From positions 7,065-71,064 of the forward strand of contig CALJYH010000015.1 of assembly GCA_937984095.1 (NCBI GenBank): a stretch of DNA of 64,000 nucleotides, read 5' to 3'. The notes under the pieces are model-generated. The model saw only the letters and a list, made by a program, of their open reading frames with translations. It made no database searches and was not told the origin of the DNA. A program made the translations under genes and the position numbers. Shown piece after piece: positions 1-9,768 of this stretch. Position 1 is the first letter of the stretch. The number at the start of each line of letters is the position of its first letter. This DNA is from an uncultured Gammaproteobacteria bacterium (GTDB lineage Bacteria > Pseudomonadota > Gammaproteobacteria > GCA-001735895).

Positions 1-60
1 CTCTGCGCTCTGCGCGCCATCGCAAGAGCCAATAATATTTTGACAAACCCAAGACTCTAA
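1..60 (+). CDS. 3' end of an upstream gene, product unknown (partial)
   Basis: Open frame 1 runs from the window edge to TAA at 58-60 (…LCALRAIARANNILTNPRL*). Too short to assign a family. Confidence 0.25.
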   Translation, partial: LCALRAIARANNILTNPRL

Positions 61-61
61 A

Positions 62-835
62 GTGTTTTTTGATTCACATTGTCACCTTGATCGAATCGAT
101 CTGGATGATTTCGATAACGATTTTAATCAACTGTTGAAGACGATCGAGCAGGACGATGTCACCCGCATGCTTTGCATCGGGGTTAACCTGGAATCTTTCG
201 ACGCAATGCATCAATGCATTGCAGCTTACGAACACATCTTCTGTACCGCGGGCGTTCACCCCGACTACGAGGAGGTGCGAGAACCAAGCGTTGAAGAACT
301 GTGCAAACTGGCACAACATGACAAGGTTGTTGCTATCGGTGAAACCGGACTGGATTATTTTCACCAATCCGGCGACCTCGACTGGCAACGCAATCGATTC
401 GTGATCCACATCGAAGCAGCGCGCGAGTGCGGCTTACCCCTGGTGATTCATACCCGTGATGCGCGCGAGGATACGCTGGCATTGTTACGCCAGCATCGGG
501 CGCAGGAAGTAGGGGGCGTATTGCACTGTTTTACCGAGGACTGGGACATGGCACGCGCGGCGATAGAGCTGGATTTTTACATCTCTATTTCCGGCATCGT
601 CACCTTTCATCAGGCACAGAACGTGCGCGACATGGCGCAGCAGATACCGCTCGAGCGTTTATTGATCGAAACCGATGCGCCGTGGCTTTCACCCGCGCCA
701 TATCGCGGCAAAACCAATCACCCAGGGCGAGTCAAACTGGTAGCCGAAAAGCTGGCGGAAATCCGTGGTGAATCCCTCGAAACGATTGCCAGAACTACAT
801 TTCAGAATGCCAATACCCTGTTCGGCTTAAGCTAG
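62..835 (+). CDS. TatD-family metal-dependent DNase/hydrolase (YcfH-like)
   Basis: GTG start. N-terminal FFDSHCHLD motif and HTRDA and ETDAPWL motifs typical of TatD/YcfH/YjjV amidohydrolase-fold hydrolases. 257 aa. Confidence 0.85.
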   Translation: MFFDSHCHLDRIDLDDFDNDFNQLLKTIEQDDVTRMLCIGVNLESFDAMHQCIAAYEHIFCTAGVHPDYEEVREPSVEELCKLAQHDKVVAIGETGLDYFHQSGDLDWQRNRFVIHIEAARECGLPLVIHTRDAREDTLALLRQHRAQEVGGVLHCFTEDWDMARAAIELDFYISISGIVTFHQAQNVRDMAQQIPLERLLIETDAPWLSPAPYRGKTNHPGRVKLVAEKLAEIRGESLETIARTTFQNANTLFGLS

Positions 836-890
836 CACTAAACACGGTAGCCGGTTATGCTTCGGTACTCAGTCATTTACACGATGCACA

Positions 891-1880
891 ATGCCTGATT
901 CCGAAGCCAATGCTCTGCGAGAACAATGCCTGGTTCTGCGAGAATTCATGAACTCCCGAATTCTCGGTCAGCAGCGGCTAGTCTCGAGAATGTTGGTGGC
1001 ATTGCTAGCCGATGGGCACATATTAGTCGAAAGCCCACCGGGACTCGCCAAGACCAGGGCTGTAAAGACCCTGGCCAGCGGTCTCGAGGGAGACTTTCAG
1101 CGTATTCAGTTTACTCCCGATTTATTGCCATCCGACCTCACCGGCACCGATGTCTACCGACCCCATGACAGCAGCTTCGTTTTCCAGCCAGGTCCCTTGT
1201 TCCATCATGTGATTGTCGCGGATGAAATTAACCGGGCGCCGGCCAAGGTGCAATCGGCATTGCTGGAATCGATGGAGGAACGCCAGATAACCATTGGCAA
1301 AATGACTTACCCATTACCCGGACTGTATTTTGTCATGGCAACTCAGAATCCTATCGAGCAAGAGGGAACTTACCCGTTACCCGAATCACAACTCGATAGA
1401 TTTCTACTAAAGGTAAATATCGACTATCCCAAAGTTGATTCTGAGATACAGATTATGCAACTGGTGCGACAGGAGGCTAAACTGGACGAACAAAACCTCG
1501 GCATTCCTGAAGGCCTGCCAATACCGCAACAAACAATATTCAATGCACGCCAGGAAATCCTTGATATGTACATATCGGAGCCTGTAGAACAATATATCGC
1601 ACAGCTGGTTGATGCCAGTCGATACCCTGAACCCTACTCAACCGAACTTGCCGGCTGGATTCAGTATGGCGCGAGCCCACGCGCAAGCCTGGCTTTTGAT
1701 CGTTGTTCCCGGGTTCTGGCCTGGCTGGAAGGCCGGGATTTCGTTTCTCCGGAAGATGTGCAACAACTGGCGCACGAGATTTTACGTCACCGTATCCTGC
1801 TGACCTACCAGGCAGAAGCCGACGGAATATCCGCCAATGAAGTAATCGATGAACTGCTGGCAAAAGTACCCGTAATCTGA
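891..1880 (+). CDS. moxR: MoxR-family AAA+ ATPase
   Basis: Walker A ESPPGLAKT, Walker B VIVADEINRAP, ATQNPIEQEGTYPLPESQLDRF motif of the AAA_3/MoxR family. 329 aa. First gene of a Bat-type cassette. Confidence 0.9.
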   Translation: MPDSEANALREQCLVLREFMNSRILGQQRLVSRMLVALLADGHILVESPPGLAKTRAVKTLASGLEGDFQRIQFTPDLLPSDLTGTDVYRPHDSSFVFQPGPLFHHVIVADEINRAPAKVQSALLESMEERQITIGKMTYPLPGLYFVMATQNPIEQEGTYPLPESQLDRFLLKVNIDYPKVDSEIQIMQLVRQEAKLDEQNLGIPEGLPIPQQTIFNARQEILDMYISEPVEQYIAQLVDASRYPEPYSTELAGWIQYGASPRASLAFDRCSRVLAWLEGRDFVSPEDVQQLAHEILRHRILLTYQAEADGISANEVIDELLAKVPVI

Positions 1881-1882
1881 GC

Positions 1883-2803
1883 ATGGATAACAGGACTGAC
1901 AACGTCCCCGGGATCGATATCAAGGTAGATGATCTGGTCCGGGTACGTGGGCAGTTATCCGGTCTGGCACTGGCCGCCAGCCAGCGTCGCGCAAGCTACC
2001 GTTCCGGCGCACGTGAAGTTCACGTCCGCGGGCGTGGCATGGAATACGAAGAATCTCGTGCCTACGTCTACGGTGACGATGTCAGGACCATGGATTGGCG
2101 GGTGATGGCCCGCACTGGTGAGGCACATACCAAGATATTTGCCGAAGAAAAGGAACGCCGCTTCCTGATCGCGGTGGATTTGTCAGCATCGATGTTTTTC
2201 GGAACCCGGTTTAGTTTCAAATCCTGGGCTGCCGCCCAGGTCGCCGCCCATGCCGGCTGGTTGGCCAGTTTCGCTGGTGATCGAATAGGGGGGCTAATCG
2301 TATCACCCGCTTCCCACCATGAAGTGAGGCCAGGGAAAACCAGGTCAGGTTTACTCGGCGTTTTTCATCAGCTGGCACAGCTCAGCAAAATCAACTTACC
2401 ACCCGATATGATGCGTAACCGGCTCAATTTTCTTTTACGTGAATTAAATCGCGTGGTAAAGCCGGGTTCCATAATCGCTTTAATTACCGACTTTATCGGT
2501 CTCGACGACCAGTCGTTAGAAATCCTGTCGTCCATTGTCAAGCATAACGATGTTAACGCCTACTGGATTCATGATAATACCGAGATTAATGCCTGGCCCG
2601 GGGGACATTACCAGGTGCTAGTGGATAGACAACAAGTGGGATTTGATTTATCAGGAACAGCGAGTGATGCCTGGCTAAGCCAGTGGCAACAGGAGCATCG
2701 AAACCACATTGAAACCCTGACATCGCGATTTAATATCCCGCTGCTACCAGTTTCCTGCAATCACGCTATTACGCCCCAGATCCTGAAGAACCTGAATATT
2801 TGA
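1883..2803 (+). CDS. DUF58 (VWA-like) protein, MoxR partner
   Basis: HVRGRGMEYEESRAYVYGDDVRTMDWRVMAR…IAVDLSASM motif arrangement characteristic of DUF58. 3-nt gap after moxR. Confidence 0.8.
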   Translation: MDNRTDNVPGIDIKVDDLVRVRGQLSGLALAASQRRASYRSGAREVHVRGRGMEYEESRAYVYGDDVRTMDWRVMARTGEAHTKIFAEEKERRFLIAVDLSASMFFGTRFSFKSWAAAQVAAHAGWLASFAGDRIGGLIVSPASHHEVRPGKTRSGLLGVFHQLAQLSKINLPPDMMRNRLNFLLRELNRVVKPGSIIALITDFIGLDDQSLEILSSIVKHNDVNAYWIHDNTEINAWPGGHYQVLVDRQQVGFDLSGTASDAWLSQWQQEHRNHIETLTSRFNIPLLPVSCNHAITPQILKNLNI

Positions 2804-2804
2804 A

Positions 2805-3302
2805 ATGACCGTCGAAGAACTGTTACTGGAACTAAAGGACATACAACCACCACCGGAGCCTGCCTGGTGGCTGCTAGCTCCTGCTCACTGGGTCGCAATC
2901 TTTTCATTGCTTGGCATTGCCGCCTGTGTCTGGTTTTTTTTAAGGCATCGCAAGGCCAACCGCCTGGCGAGCCTTGCTGACCAGGAATTACAGCGCATCA
3001 GTTCTTCATTCGCCAGGAATGAAGATTCACAGCAACTCGCAATAGAGTTGTCCAGATGGCTGAAGCAAGTCGCTATACTGGCGTTTCCAGCACGTCAACT
3101 CGAAAATCTTAGCGGTAAAGGCTGGCTCGAGTTTCTTGACGAGAGCCTGGGTAACAATAGCTTCAGCAACGGCACCGGCAAGGTTTTCGGCAGCATGATT
3201 TACTCTAGACAGATAAATCTGGATGCGGGCCAGCTGGTTCGATTATGTGAGCTATGGTTATCTGCCATAAAACCCCATCTCCGGCAGCGGGGCATTGGTT
3301 GA
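2805..3302 (+). CDS. DUF4381-like small membrane protein of the Bat cassette
   Basis: 165 aa with one predicted TM helix (WVAIFSLLGIAACVWFFL). Position between the DUF58 and BatA genes is conserved in Bat operons. Stop overlaps the batA start (TGATG). Confidence 0.55.
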   Translation: MTVEELLLELKDIQPPPEPAWWLLAPAHWVAIFSLLGIAACVWFFLRHRKANRLASLADQELQRISSSFARNEDSQQLAIELSRWLKQVAILAFPARQLENLSGKGWLEFLDESLGNNSFSNGTGKVFGSMIYSRQINLDAGQLVRLCELWLSAIKPHLRQRGIG

Positions 3303-4297
3303 TGCTAGGTTTTGACTGGTGGTGGGCAATGCTGCTGGTGCCGCTTCCGCTGCTGGCGAGGAGACTGTTGCCAGCGGCCGATAACCTTGACGTCGCGCTT
3401 GCAGTTCCGCTGCTGAATCGCTACCGGTTTAGCGATGCTTCAATCAGGAAATCGACCGATCAGCTCGCGCGTATCTGCTTCTGGCTATTCTGGATTTGCC
3501 TGGTCACAGCGGCGAGTCGTCCTTTCTGGTTGGGCGAACCGCTATCGCGAACGATTAGCGGCAGGGATTTAATGCTGGCGGTTGATATATCCGGCAGCAT
3601 GAGCGAAACGGATATGACGATTAATTCAAAAGCCGCGAGTCGAATCGAGGTTCTGAAAATAGTTGTCAAAAAGTTTATCCAGCGCCGTGAGGGGGATCGA
3701 CTGGGACTGATCCTGTTCGGCACGAACGCTTACACCTATGTTCCGCTCACTTTCGACCTGGATACGCTATCCAAATTACTGGCAGATATCAGTACCGGCT
3801 TAGCCGGTCGTCACACCGCAATCGGCGATGCAATCGGACTTGCGGTCAAGACCATGCGTGAACAGGATACCGAACACAAAGTACTGGTTCTCGTGACCGA
3901 CGGCTCCAATACTGCGGGTTTCGAAAATCCAATCGTCGCGGCCCAGGTAGCCCGCCAACAGGGACTGACTATTTATACTATTGGCGTCGGTACCGATGCT
4001 CAAACCCTGGGGCAAACCTACGGGCTAAGCAACATTCCAACGGGGGTTGCCCTCAACGAACGGGTACTTGGCAGAATCGCCGAGGTGACCGGAGGTCAAT
4101 ACTTCCGCGCTACCAATGCCCCGGCATTGGAGAAAATCTACATGACACTCGATAAACTGGAACCTGTCGAATACAAGTACAAGTCACATCGACCACGAAG
4201 TGAGTTGTTTGCGATACCACTCGTGACAGGAATATTCGTCATGGTGTTTTTTACCACCTGGTCGACCTGGCATTCAAGAACATCCGGGATCTCATGA
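3302..4297 (+). CDS. batA: VWA-domain membrane protein BatA
   Basis: N-terminal TM segments followed by a VWA domain with DISGSM MIDAS motif and LVTDGSNTAG. ATG at 3302 overlaps the upstream stop. The ORF track gives a longer upstream extension. Confidence 0.8.
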   Translation: MLGFDWWWAMLLVPLPLLARRLLPAADNLDVALAVPLLNRYRFSDASIRKSTDQLARICFWLFWICLVTAASRPFWLGEPLSRTISGRDLMLAVDISGSMSETDMTINSKAASRIEVLKIVVKKFIQRREGDRLGLILFGTNAYTYVPLTFDLDTLSKLLADISTGLAGRHTAIGDAIGLAVKTMREQDTEHKVLVLVTDGSNTAGFENPIVAAQVARQQGLTIYTIGVGTDAQTLGQTYGLSNIPTGVALNERVLGRIAEVTGGQYFRATNAPALEKIYMTLDKLEPVEYKYKSHRPRSELFAIPLVTGIFVMVFFTTWSTWHSRTSGIS

Positions 4298-6045
4298 CCG
4301 AATCGGCCACTTTCCAGTTTTTAAATCCAGGCTGGCTATTATTACTGCCGCCGGCCTGGTGGCTCATCTGGGTTTACTCAAGACATCCGCGCCGACAATC
4401 CATGTGGGGCCAGGTATGCGATCCACAACTACTCAATAATATGATTGCTCGCCGTCAGACCTGGAACAGCCCCCGGTTACTGGCCTGGACGCTAGGCATA
4501 ATAATGACGTTAATCATTCTTGCGACTGCCGGACCCAGTTGGAGCAAGCAATCATATCCCATGCTCGAGTCAACCAGCGCCCGGATCGTGGCACTGGACC
4601 TGTCGCGTTCAATGCTGGTTGAAGACATCAAGCCGAATCGCCTGGCACAAGCTGTAGCAGCCGCCGGGGAAGTAATTTCTACCGACTTTGAGGGTGAAAC
4701 CGGGCTCGTCGTATTCGCCGGTCGGGCCTTCGTGGTTTCGCCTTTATCGAGAGATGCAAAAACGTTGTTGGCGTTCCTGGACGTGCTTGATCCAAGCACT
4801 ATGCCGGAGGATGGCACTCGCATCGACCTTGCCATCAGTACGGCACAGGATTTACTCGAGGCATCGGTCGCTGGGAGTGGTCAGATATTGATAATCACAG
4901 CCGGGGCCAGCAATGACAGTACCGGGGCAGTACAGGCGGCTCTAACCGCGGCCAACCAGGGCCATCGCGTTTCTATTCTGGCGGTTGGAACCGCGGCTGG
5001 CGGACCATTGCTGGATCTGGAGGGACGATTGATGCCTGATAAAGACGGGAAAATTGTGCTGGCAAAGACTAACTTCCCGTTATTGGAGCGTGTCACCCAG
5101 ATTGGCAATGGTTCAATTGTTGAGCTTAAAGATACCCGGGGATATGACGATCTTCTGCTTGCAAGACTCGGCGCAGACGAATTAATCGAATCGGAAAAAA
5201 CTACCGATAGTTCTCAGCGTGCAGCTTCCAATGACGGCGCCTGGATGGTCTGGCTAATACTTCCCTTTACGCTGGTCCTTTTCAGGAAAAATCTTATCTG
5301 GATGATACTGCTTACCGTACTTGTTCCGGATGGTCGTGAATTATATGCAAAAGAATGGGATGGCTTCTGGAACCATCCGGAGAAGCTGGCCTTTGAGGCA
5401 TACCTGCGCGGCGACTATCAATCATCTTACGAGTTATCCAGTAACCCGTTATTGCGGGGTTCCGCTTACTATCGAAACGGACAATTTCAGCAAGCCCAGG
5501 AACTTTTTAGTGAAGACGACACTGCGTCTGCAATATTCAACCTCGGTAATACACTGGCACAGCAAAACCAGTTTCCCGAAGCCGTTCTCGCATATCAAAA
5601 AGCGCTCCTGTTAAATCCGGATCTCGAATCTGCCAGGCATAACAAGCGCCTCATCGAGATATATCTGGAACAACAATCTGAGGCCAATGGGACTCAATCC
5701 GGCGATTCTGACGAAGCAGAATCGCCCGATGAGTATCAGAATCAGGGCGACACCGAGATGCGCATCGGGGTTGCGGAAACCCCGACGAATCCGGGTGATG
5801 ATCCTGAATTGGGACCCGGTTTGGGCGCCTCGATGCAACCGGGAGGCCAGGTAGATCCGTTCGAGCGTTTTGATGGCCAGGAGGAAGCACTGCAACGCTT
5901 TATTTTACGCGCACAAACCGGTGAACAGCCGCTGGATCCCGAGTTCATCGAGCGCTGGATCAGAAGCTTGCCCGAAACTTCGACCGACCTGTTCCGGCGC
6001 AAGTTTTTACGGGACGCACAACGACAGAAACGACAGCCGAGATAG
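4294..6045 (+). CDS. batB: VWA plus TPR protein BatB (BatB/BatC-like fusion)
   Basis: ATGA overlap with batA. TM N-terminus, VWA domain (LDLSRSM…IITAGASND), C-terminal TPR-like repeats (NLGNTLAQQNQFPEAVLAYQKALLLNPD) and an acidic tail. Confidence 0.75.
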   Translation: MTESATFQFLNPGWLLLLPPAWWLIWVYSRHPRRQSMWGQVCDPQLLNNMIARRQTWNSPRLLAWTLGIIMTLIILATAGPSWSKQSYPMLESTSARIVALDLSRSMLVEDIKPNRLAQAVAAAGEVISTDFEGETGLVVFAGRAFVVSPLSRDAKTLLAFLDVLDPSTMPEDGTRIDLAISTAQDLLEASVAGSGQILIITAGASNDSTGAVQAALTAANQGHRVSILAVGTAAGGPLLDLEGRLMPDKDGKIVLAKTNFPLLERVTQIGNGSIVELKDTRGYDDLLLARLGADELIESEKTTDSSQRAASNDGAWMVWLILPFTLVLFRKNLIWMILLTVLVPDGRELYAKEWDGFWNHPEKLAFEAYLRGDYQSSYELSSNPLLRGSAYYRNGQFQQAQELFSEDDTASAIFNLGNTLAQQNQFPEAVLAYQKALLLNPDLESARHNKRLIEIYLEQQSEANGTQSGDSDEAESPDEYQNQGDTEMRIGVAETPTNPGDDPELGPGLGASMQPGGQVDPFERFDGQEEALQRFILRAQTGEQPLDPEFIERWIRSLPETSTDLFRRKFLRDAQRQKRQPR

Positions 6046-6050
6046 TTATC

Positions 6051-7724
6051 GTGTTTCGAATTTCATTTCTTTTTTGTGTCACCCTGCTTATCCAGTTGCA
6101 ATCCCTCTGCCATGCGCAAACGGCCTACCTGAGATCGAATCAAATATTTTCGGGTGATATTGCCGAGTTAATGATCGAGTATGACAACCAGATTCCATCT
6201 CTTTATGCACTGGATACATCGGCACTTGAAGCAGATTTCAAAGTTCTGGATATCAAGTCCAGTGTTTCCCGCATGTTCGAGTCAAATGAGGCATTCCATC
6301 GAATGCGGTGGCAGATCGAGATACTTCCACGCCGCCCCGGTAATCTCAAAATTCCCCCTATGCAGGTTGGTCAAATTCTAACCCCGACTTTAATGCTTGA
6401 AGTCGTCCCACAATCGCCGGAGCTGAATTCAGCCAATAACGTACAGGTCGAACTGCAGGCGGAACCTGAAAGGCCTTACGTCGGCCAGCAAACACAGATC
6501 GTGATACGTGTTATTCATAACATTCCCCTGTTTGACGGCAATTTGACTGAACCAGCAATCGATAATGCAGATACCTATAGTCATGGCCTGGAGTCCAGAT
6601 ATTCAATTTTACGCGATGGCCGTGAATTCCAGGTGCTGGAGCGAAACCTTTCAATCGTTGCTCGGTCATCCGGTGCAATCAGGATTTCACCTGCTAATTA
6701 TCGGGGGCTCATCAAATCCCTAGCAGACGCCTCGGCGACTGGATCAACGGCGACAACAAGGCGCATCAACAGGGCCAGCGAAGCCCTGTTTCTGGAAGTC
6801 CGTAAACCACCACCTGAATTCAGCGGCAGCACCTGGTTGCCTGCACGAGAGCTGAAACTTGATCAACGCTGGGACGAAATTACAAATAAATTGCAGGTTG
6901 GTGATTCACTCGGAATGACCTTGAGCATCGAGGCTGAAGGGCTGCCCGCCGAAGCACTACCCGCCGATCTGTTATCGATCGATGCCGGTAAGGTCAGGGT
7001 TTATGCCGACCAGGAAACACGATCAAACCGGTTTCAGGGCCGAGAACTAGTAGGGCGCCTGGAGCAACGCTTCGTGGTTGTTATTACGGAGCCAGGTGAT
7101 ATCCAGTTACCTGCAATAAACCTGAAATGGTGGGATGTTGAGCAAGAGGTGGAGAGAATAGCTGCTCTCTCAGGCAAAACCTGGAATGTGTCCAGGCCAG
7201 AAACTGGCAAGGCCGGCATCGATACGGCAGGTAAAACAACAAGCTGGCATGGCACAGGCTCACGAGGCCTGGTCATCACTCTAGCTCGCAGTAACTGGCC
7301 CTGGTACGTGGGAATCGGTGCAACCTTGCTTATCCTTGGCCTGCTAATGTGCATCAAGCCAGTGCGTGTCCGCATGAACGAATCAATAGCGGCCGTGCTG
7401 GCGGGTCGTCGCAAACTTCAATTGTTAAAACAGGCCTGCATTTCTAATAATCCCGCACTAGCCTTTCGCGCACTAATAGAATGGGGCAGGGCGCGCTGGC
7501 CCCGCGATAACATCAACGGCCTGTTTCAGATCAGGATTAGAACCAAATCCAGTGAGTTTGCCGAGGAACTTGATCATCTCGACAAGGCATTATATGCAGA
7601 TCACGGTACAACATGGCAGGGGCAACCATTGTGGCGACTGGTTTCTGCCGAGCACCGGCATTTAACAGCTGAAACCGGTACCCAGAAGGACTCGTTACCG
7701 GACCTGTATCCGCAGCGTTCCTGA
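6051..7724 (+). CDS. batD: BatD-like protein (oxygen-tolerance family)
   Basis: GTG start. Signal peptide, a large periplasmic region, a late TM helix (WPWYVGIGATLLILGLLMCI) and a cytoplasmic tail, which is the BatD architecture. 557 aa. Confidence 0.65.
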   Translation: MFRISFLFCVTLLIQLQSLCHAQTAYLRSNQIFSGDIAELMIEYDNQIPSLYALDTSALEADFKVLDIKSSVSRMFESNEAFHRMRWQIEILPRRPGNLKIPPMQVGQILTPTLMLEVVPQSPELNSANNVQVELQAEPERPYVGQQTQIVIRVIHNIPLFDGNLTEPAIDNADTYSHGLESRYSILRDGREFQVLERNLSIVARSSGAIRISPANYRGLIKSLADASATGSTATTRRINRASEALFLEVRKPPPEFSGSTWLPARELKLDQRWDEITNKLQVGDSLGMTLSIEAEGLPAEALPADLLSIDAGKVRVYADQETRSNRFQGRELVGRLEQRFVVVITEPGDIQLPAINLKWWDVEQEVERIAALSGKTWNVSRPETGKAGIDTAGKTTSWHGTGSRGLVITLARSNWPWYVGIGATLLILGLLMCIKPVRVRMNESIAAVLAGRRKLQLLKQACISNNPALAFRALIEWGRARWPRDNINGLFQIRIRTKSSEFAEELDHLDKALYADHGTTWQGQPLWRLVSAEHRHLTAETGTQKDSLPDLYPQRS

Positions 7725-7737
7725 TCCGGTCGGTAGC

Positions 7738-9768
7738 TTACTCGGTCACTAACGACCAACCTTCGGCCGGATGAAAACGCTGACCGAATTTTGCTTCGTA
7801 ATCAGACATCGCTGCAACTAGTGATTCTACCCCTTCCTGCAGGCTATGATGCATCGGGCCTCCACGAAAAGGCGCAAAACCGGTACCGAATATTATGCCG
7901 GCGTCCAACAAGTCCTTATCTGTCACGATACCTTCATTCAGACAGGCCGCAGCCTCGTTGAGGAAACGGAATACAAGCCGGTTCTGGATCATTTTCTGAT
8001 CTCCGAGATCGGCATCTTTATCCCTAACAGGCTTACCCTTGTCGTAGTTATAAAATCCGCGTCCGGATTTCTTGCCGAGCTGTTTTGAGTTGACGAACCT
8101 GTTCAGGCCTTCGGGCACCTCGATGCCATAAGCCGCGGATAAATTCTGCGCTACCGATTGGCAGATATCGAGACCCACGGTATCGGCAAGCTCGACCGGT
8201 CCCATCGGCATGCCAAAATCGGTTGCTGCCTTGTCGATCGCCTCTGGCGCGACACCTTCGTCGTAGAGCGTAAACGCCTCAACCAGGTAAGGCATCAGGA
8301 TGCGGTTAACCAGGAATCCGGGAGAACTCTTTACCGGCAACGGTAATTTGCCAATGTGCTGTGTGAATGCAATCGCGTGCTGCACAGTTTCCTCCGAGGA
8401 AGAAGCGGTCTGGACGATCTCCACCAGCGGCATCATTGCAACCGGGTTGAAAAAATGAATGCCGACCAGGCGATCAGGCTCTTTTAGCACGGTCGCCAGG
8501 GTTTCCAACGGGATGCTCGAGGTGTTGGTCGCGAGCACGGCACCGGGCTTCATGCGTGGTTCGATGTCCTTGTATATTGCCTGCTTGGCATCAATATCCT
8601 CAAAAATAGCCTCGATCACGACATCGGCCCTGGCGACGCCGTCACCATCGATGTCTGGAATCAAACGATCCAGTGCAGCATTGCGTTCCTGGTTTGTTTT
8701 CAGGCGCTTGCCGAACAGCTGATGGGCCCGCTTGAAGGCATTGCTCAAGTACTTTGCTTCGCGGTCCTGCAAGGTCACATTGAAACCACGCAACGCACAC
8801 CAGGCCGCTATATCCCCACCCATGGTACCCGCTCCGATGATATGCACATGACTTGGATTGAAAGATTTTTTGTCACCGAGTCCCTTTAAGCGCGTTTGCA
8901 GGAAGAATACCCGGATTAAACTGCGCACCTTGCTGCCCTGGATCAGACGTGCAACCGAATTGGCTTCTTCTTCCATCATGCGCTTGTTATCGCCGTAAAA
9001 ATTGGCCCAGACATCGAGAATCGCGTAGGGCGCAGGGTAGTGTTGTCGCGGTACTTTTTTCGCCACCTGCTTTTTCATGTATCCGGCCAACAAGTTACGA
9101 ATACCGGGTAAAGACAGGACTTTTCCAATAAACGGCATGCTCTGCCGGCCAGGTTGAGTCAAGGCGATGTTGCGCGCGGCGCGTTCAATCTGGCGCTTTG
9201 GTTGTGCGCTATCGACTAGTCCTATCGCACGTGCCGCTGATGCAGTCAATGCTCGCCCGGAAAGCATAATTTCTAATGATTTCAGCGGGTTCATCATCGA
9301 AGTGGCACGCACGACACCGCCATAAGCCGGATGAATACCGAGCTTTACCTCCGGCAGACCAATGCGTGTGCCCGCGTCATCGAGGGCAACGCGGTAATCG
9401 CAGGCGAGGGCAAGTTCGGTACCCCCACCCATGCAAAAACCCTCAATTAAGGCGACAGTCGGGCAGGGCAGTGACTCGATCCGGCTGAACAGGGTCTGCC
9501 CGCGCTTTATCATGATCAGGGCTTCCTGCGTAGAAGTAACCTCGAGAAATTCGTTAACATCCGCACCCGCAATAAATCCCTTCGCTTTACCCGAGCGAAA
9601 GATTATCGCCCTAGGCGGATTATTGTTGATTTCGTCGAGCAGGCTATCCAGTTGTTCCAGTACCGATACCGAAAGTACATTGGTATCGGTATTATGTTTA
9701 TCGAGAATCAACCACAGGATTCCATCGTCATCGCAGTGGCTTTGCCAATCGACTATGGTTTCACTCAT
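7738..9768 (-). CDS. fadJ: Fatty-acid oxidation complex alpha subunit (enoyl-CoA hydratase / 3-hydroxyacyl-CoA dehydrogenase), FadJ-like
   Basis: Crotonase fold (FIAGADVNEF, GGGTELALACDYRV) plus a 3-HCDH NAD-binding domain (IIGAGTMGGDIAAW). Probable start is MSETIV at 9768, which is ATGA-coupled to the upstream thiolase. The ORF-track extension to 9819 is probably spurious. Confidence 0.9.
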   Translation of the reverse strand: MSETIVDWQSHCDDDGILWLILDKHNTDTNVLSVSVLEQLDSLLDEINNNPPRAIIFRSGKAKGFIAGADVNEFLEVTSTQEALIMIKRGQTLFSRIESLPCPTVALIEGFCMGGGTELALACDYRVALDDAGTRIGLPEVKLGIHPAYGGVVRATSMMNPLKSLEIMLSGRALTASAARAIGLVDSAQPKRQIERAARNIALTQPGRQSMPFIGKVLSLPGIRNLLAGYMKKQVAKKVPRQHYPAPYAILDVWANFYGDNKRMMEEEANSVARLIQGSKVRSLIRVFFLQTRLKGLGDKKSFNPSHVHIIGAGTMGGDIAAWCALRGFNVTLQDREAKYLSNAFKRAHQLFGKRLKTNQERNAALDRLIPDIDGDGVARADVVIEAIFEDIDAKQAIYKDIEPRMKPGAVLATNTSSIPLETLATVLKEPDRLVGIHFFNPVAMMPLVEIVQTASSSEETVQHAIAFTQHIGKLPLPVKSSPGFLVNRILMPYLVEAFTLYDEGVAPEAIDKAATDFGMPMGPVELADTVGLDICQSVAQNLSAAYGIEVPEGLNRFVNSKQLGKKSGRGFYNYDKGKPVRDKDADLGDQKMIQNRLVFRFLNEAAACLNEGIVTDKDLLDAGIIFGTGFAPFRGGPMHHSLQEGVESLVAAMSDYEAKFGQRFHPAEGWSLVTE

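Noticed and set aside
891-1880. MoxR AAA+ ATPase as part of a novel defence system
   Set aside because: The downstream DUF58-VWA-VWA/TPR-BatD order is the classical Bat cassette rather than a defence-associated MoxR/VWA pairing.
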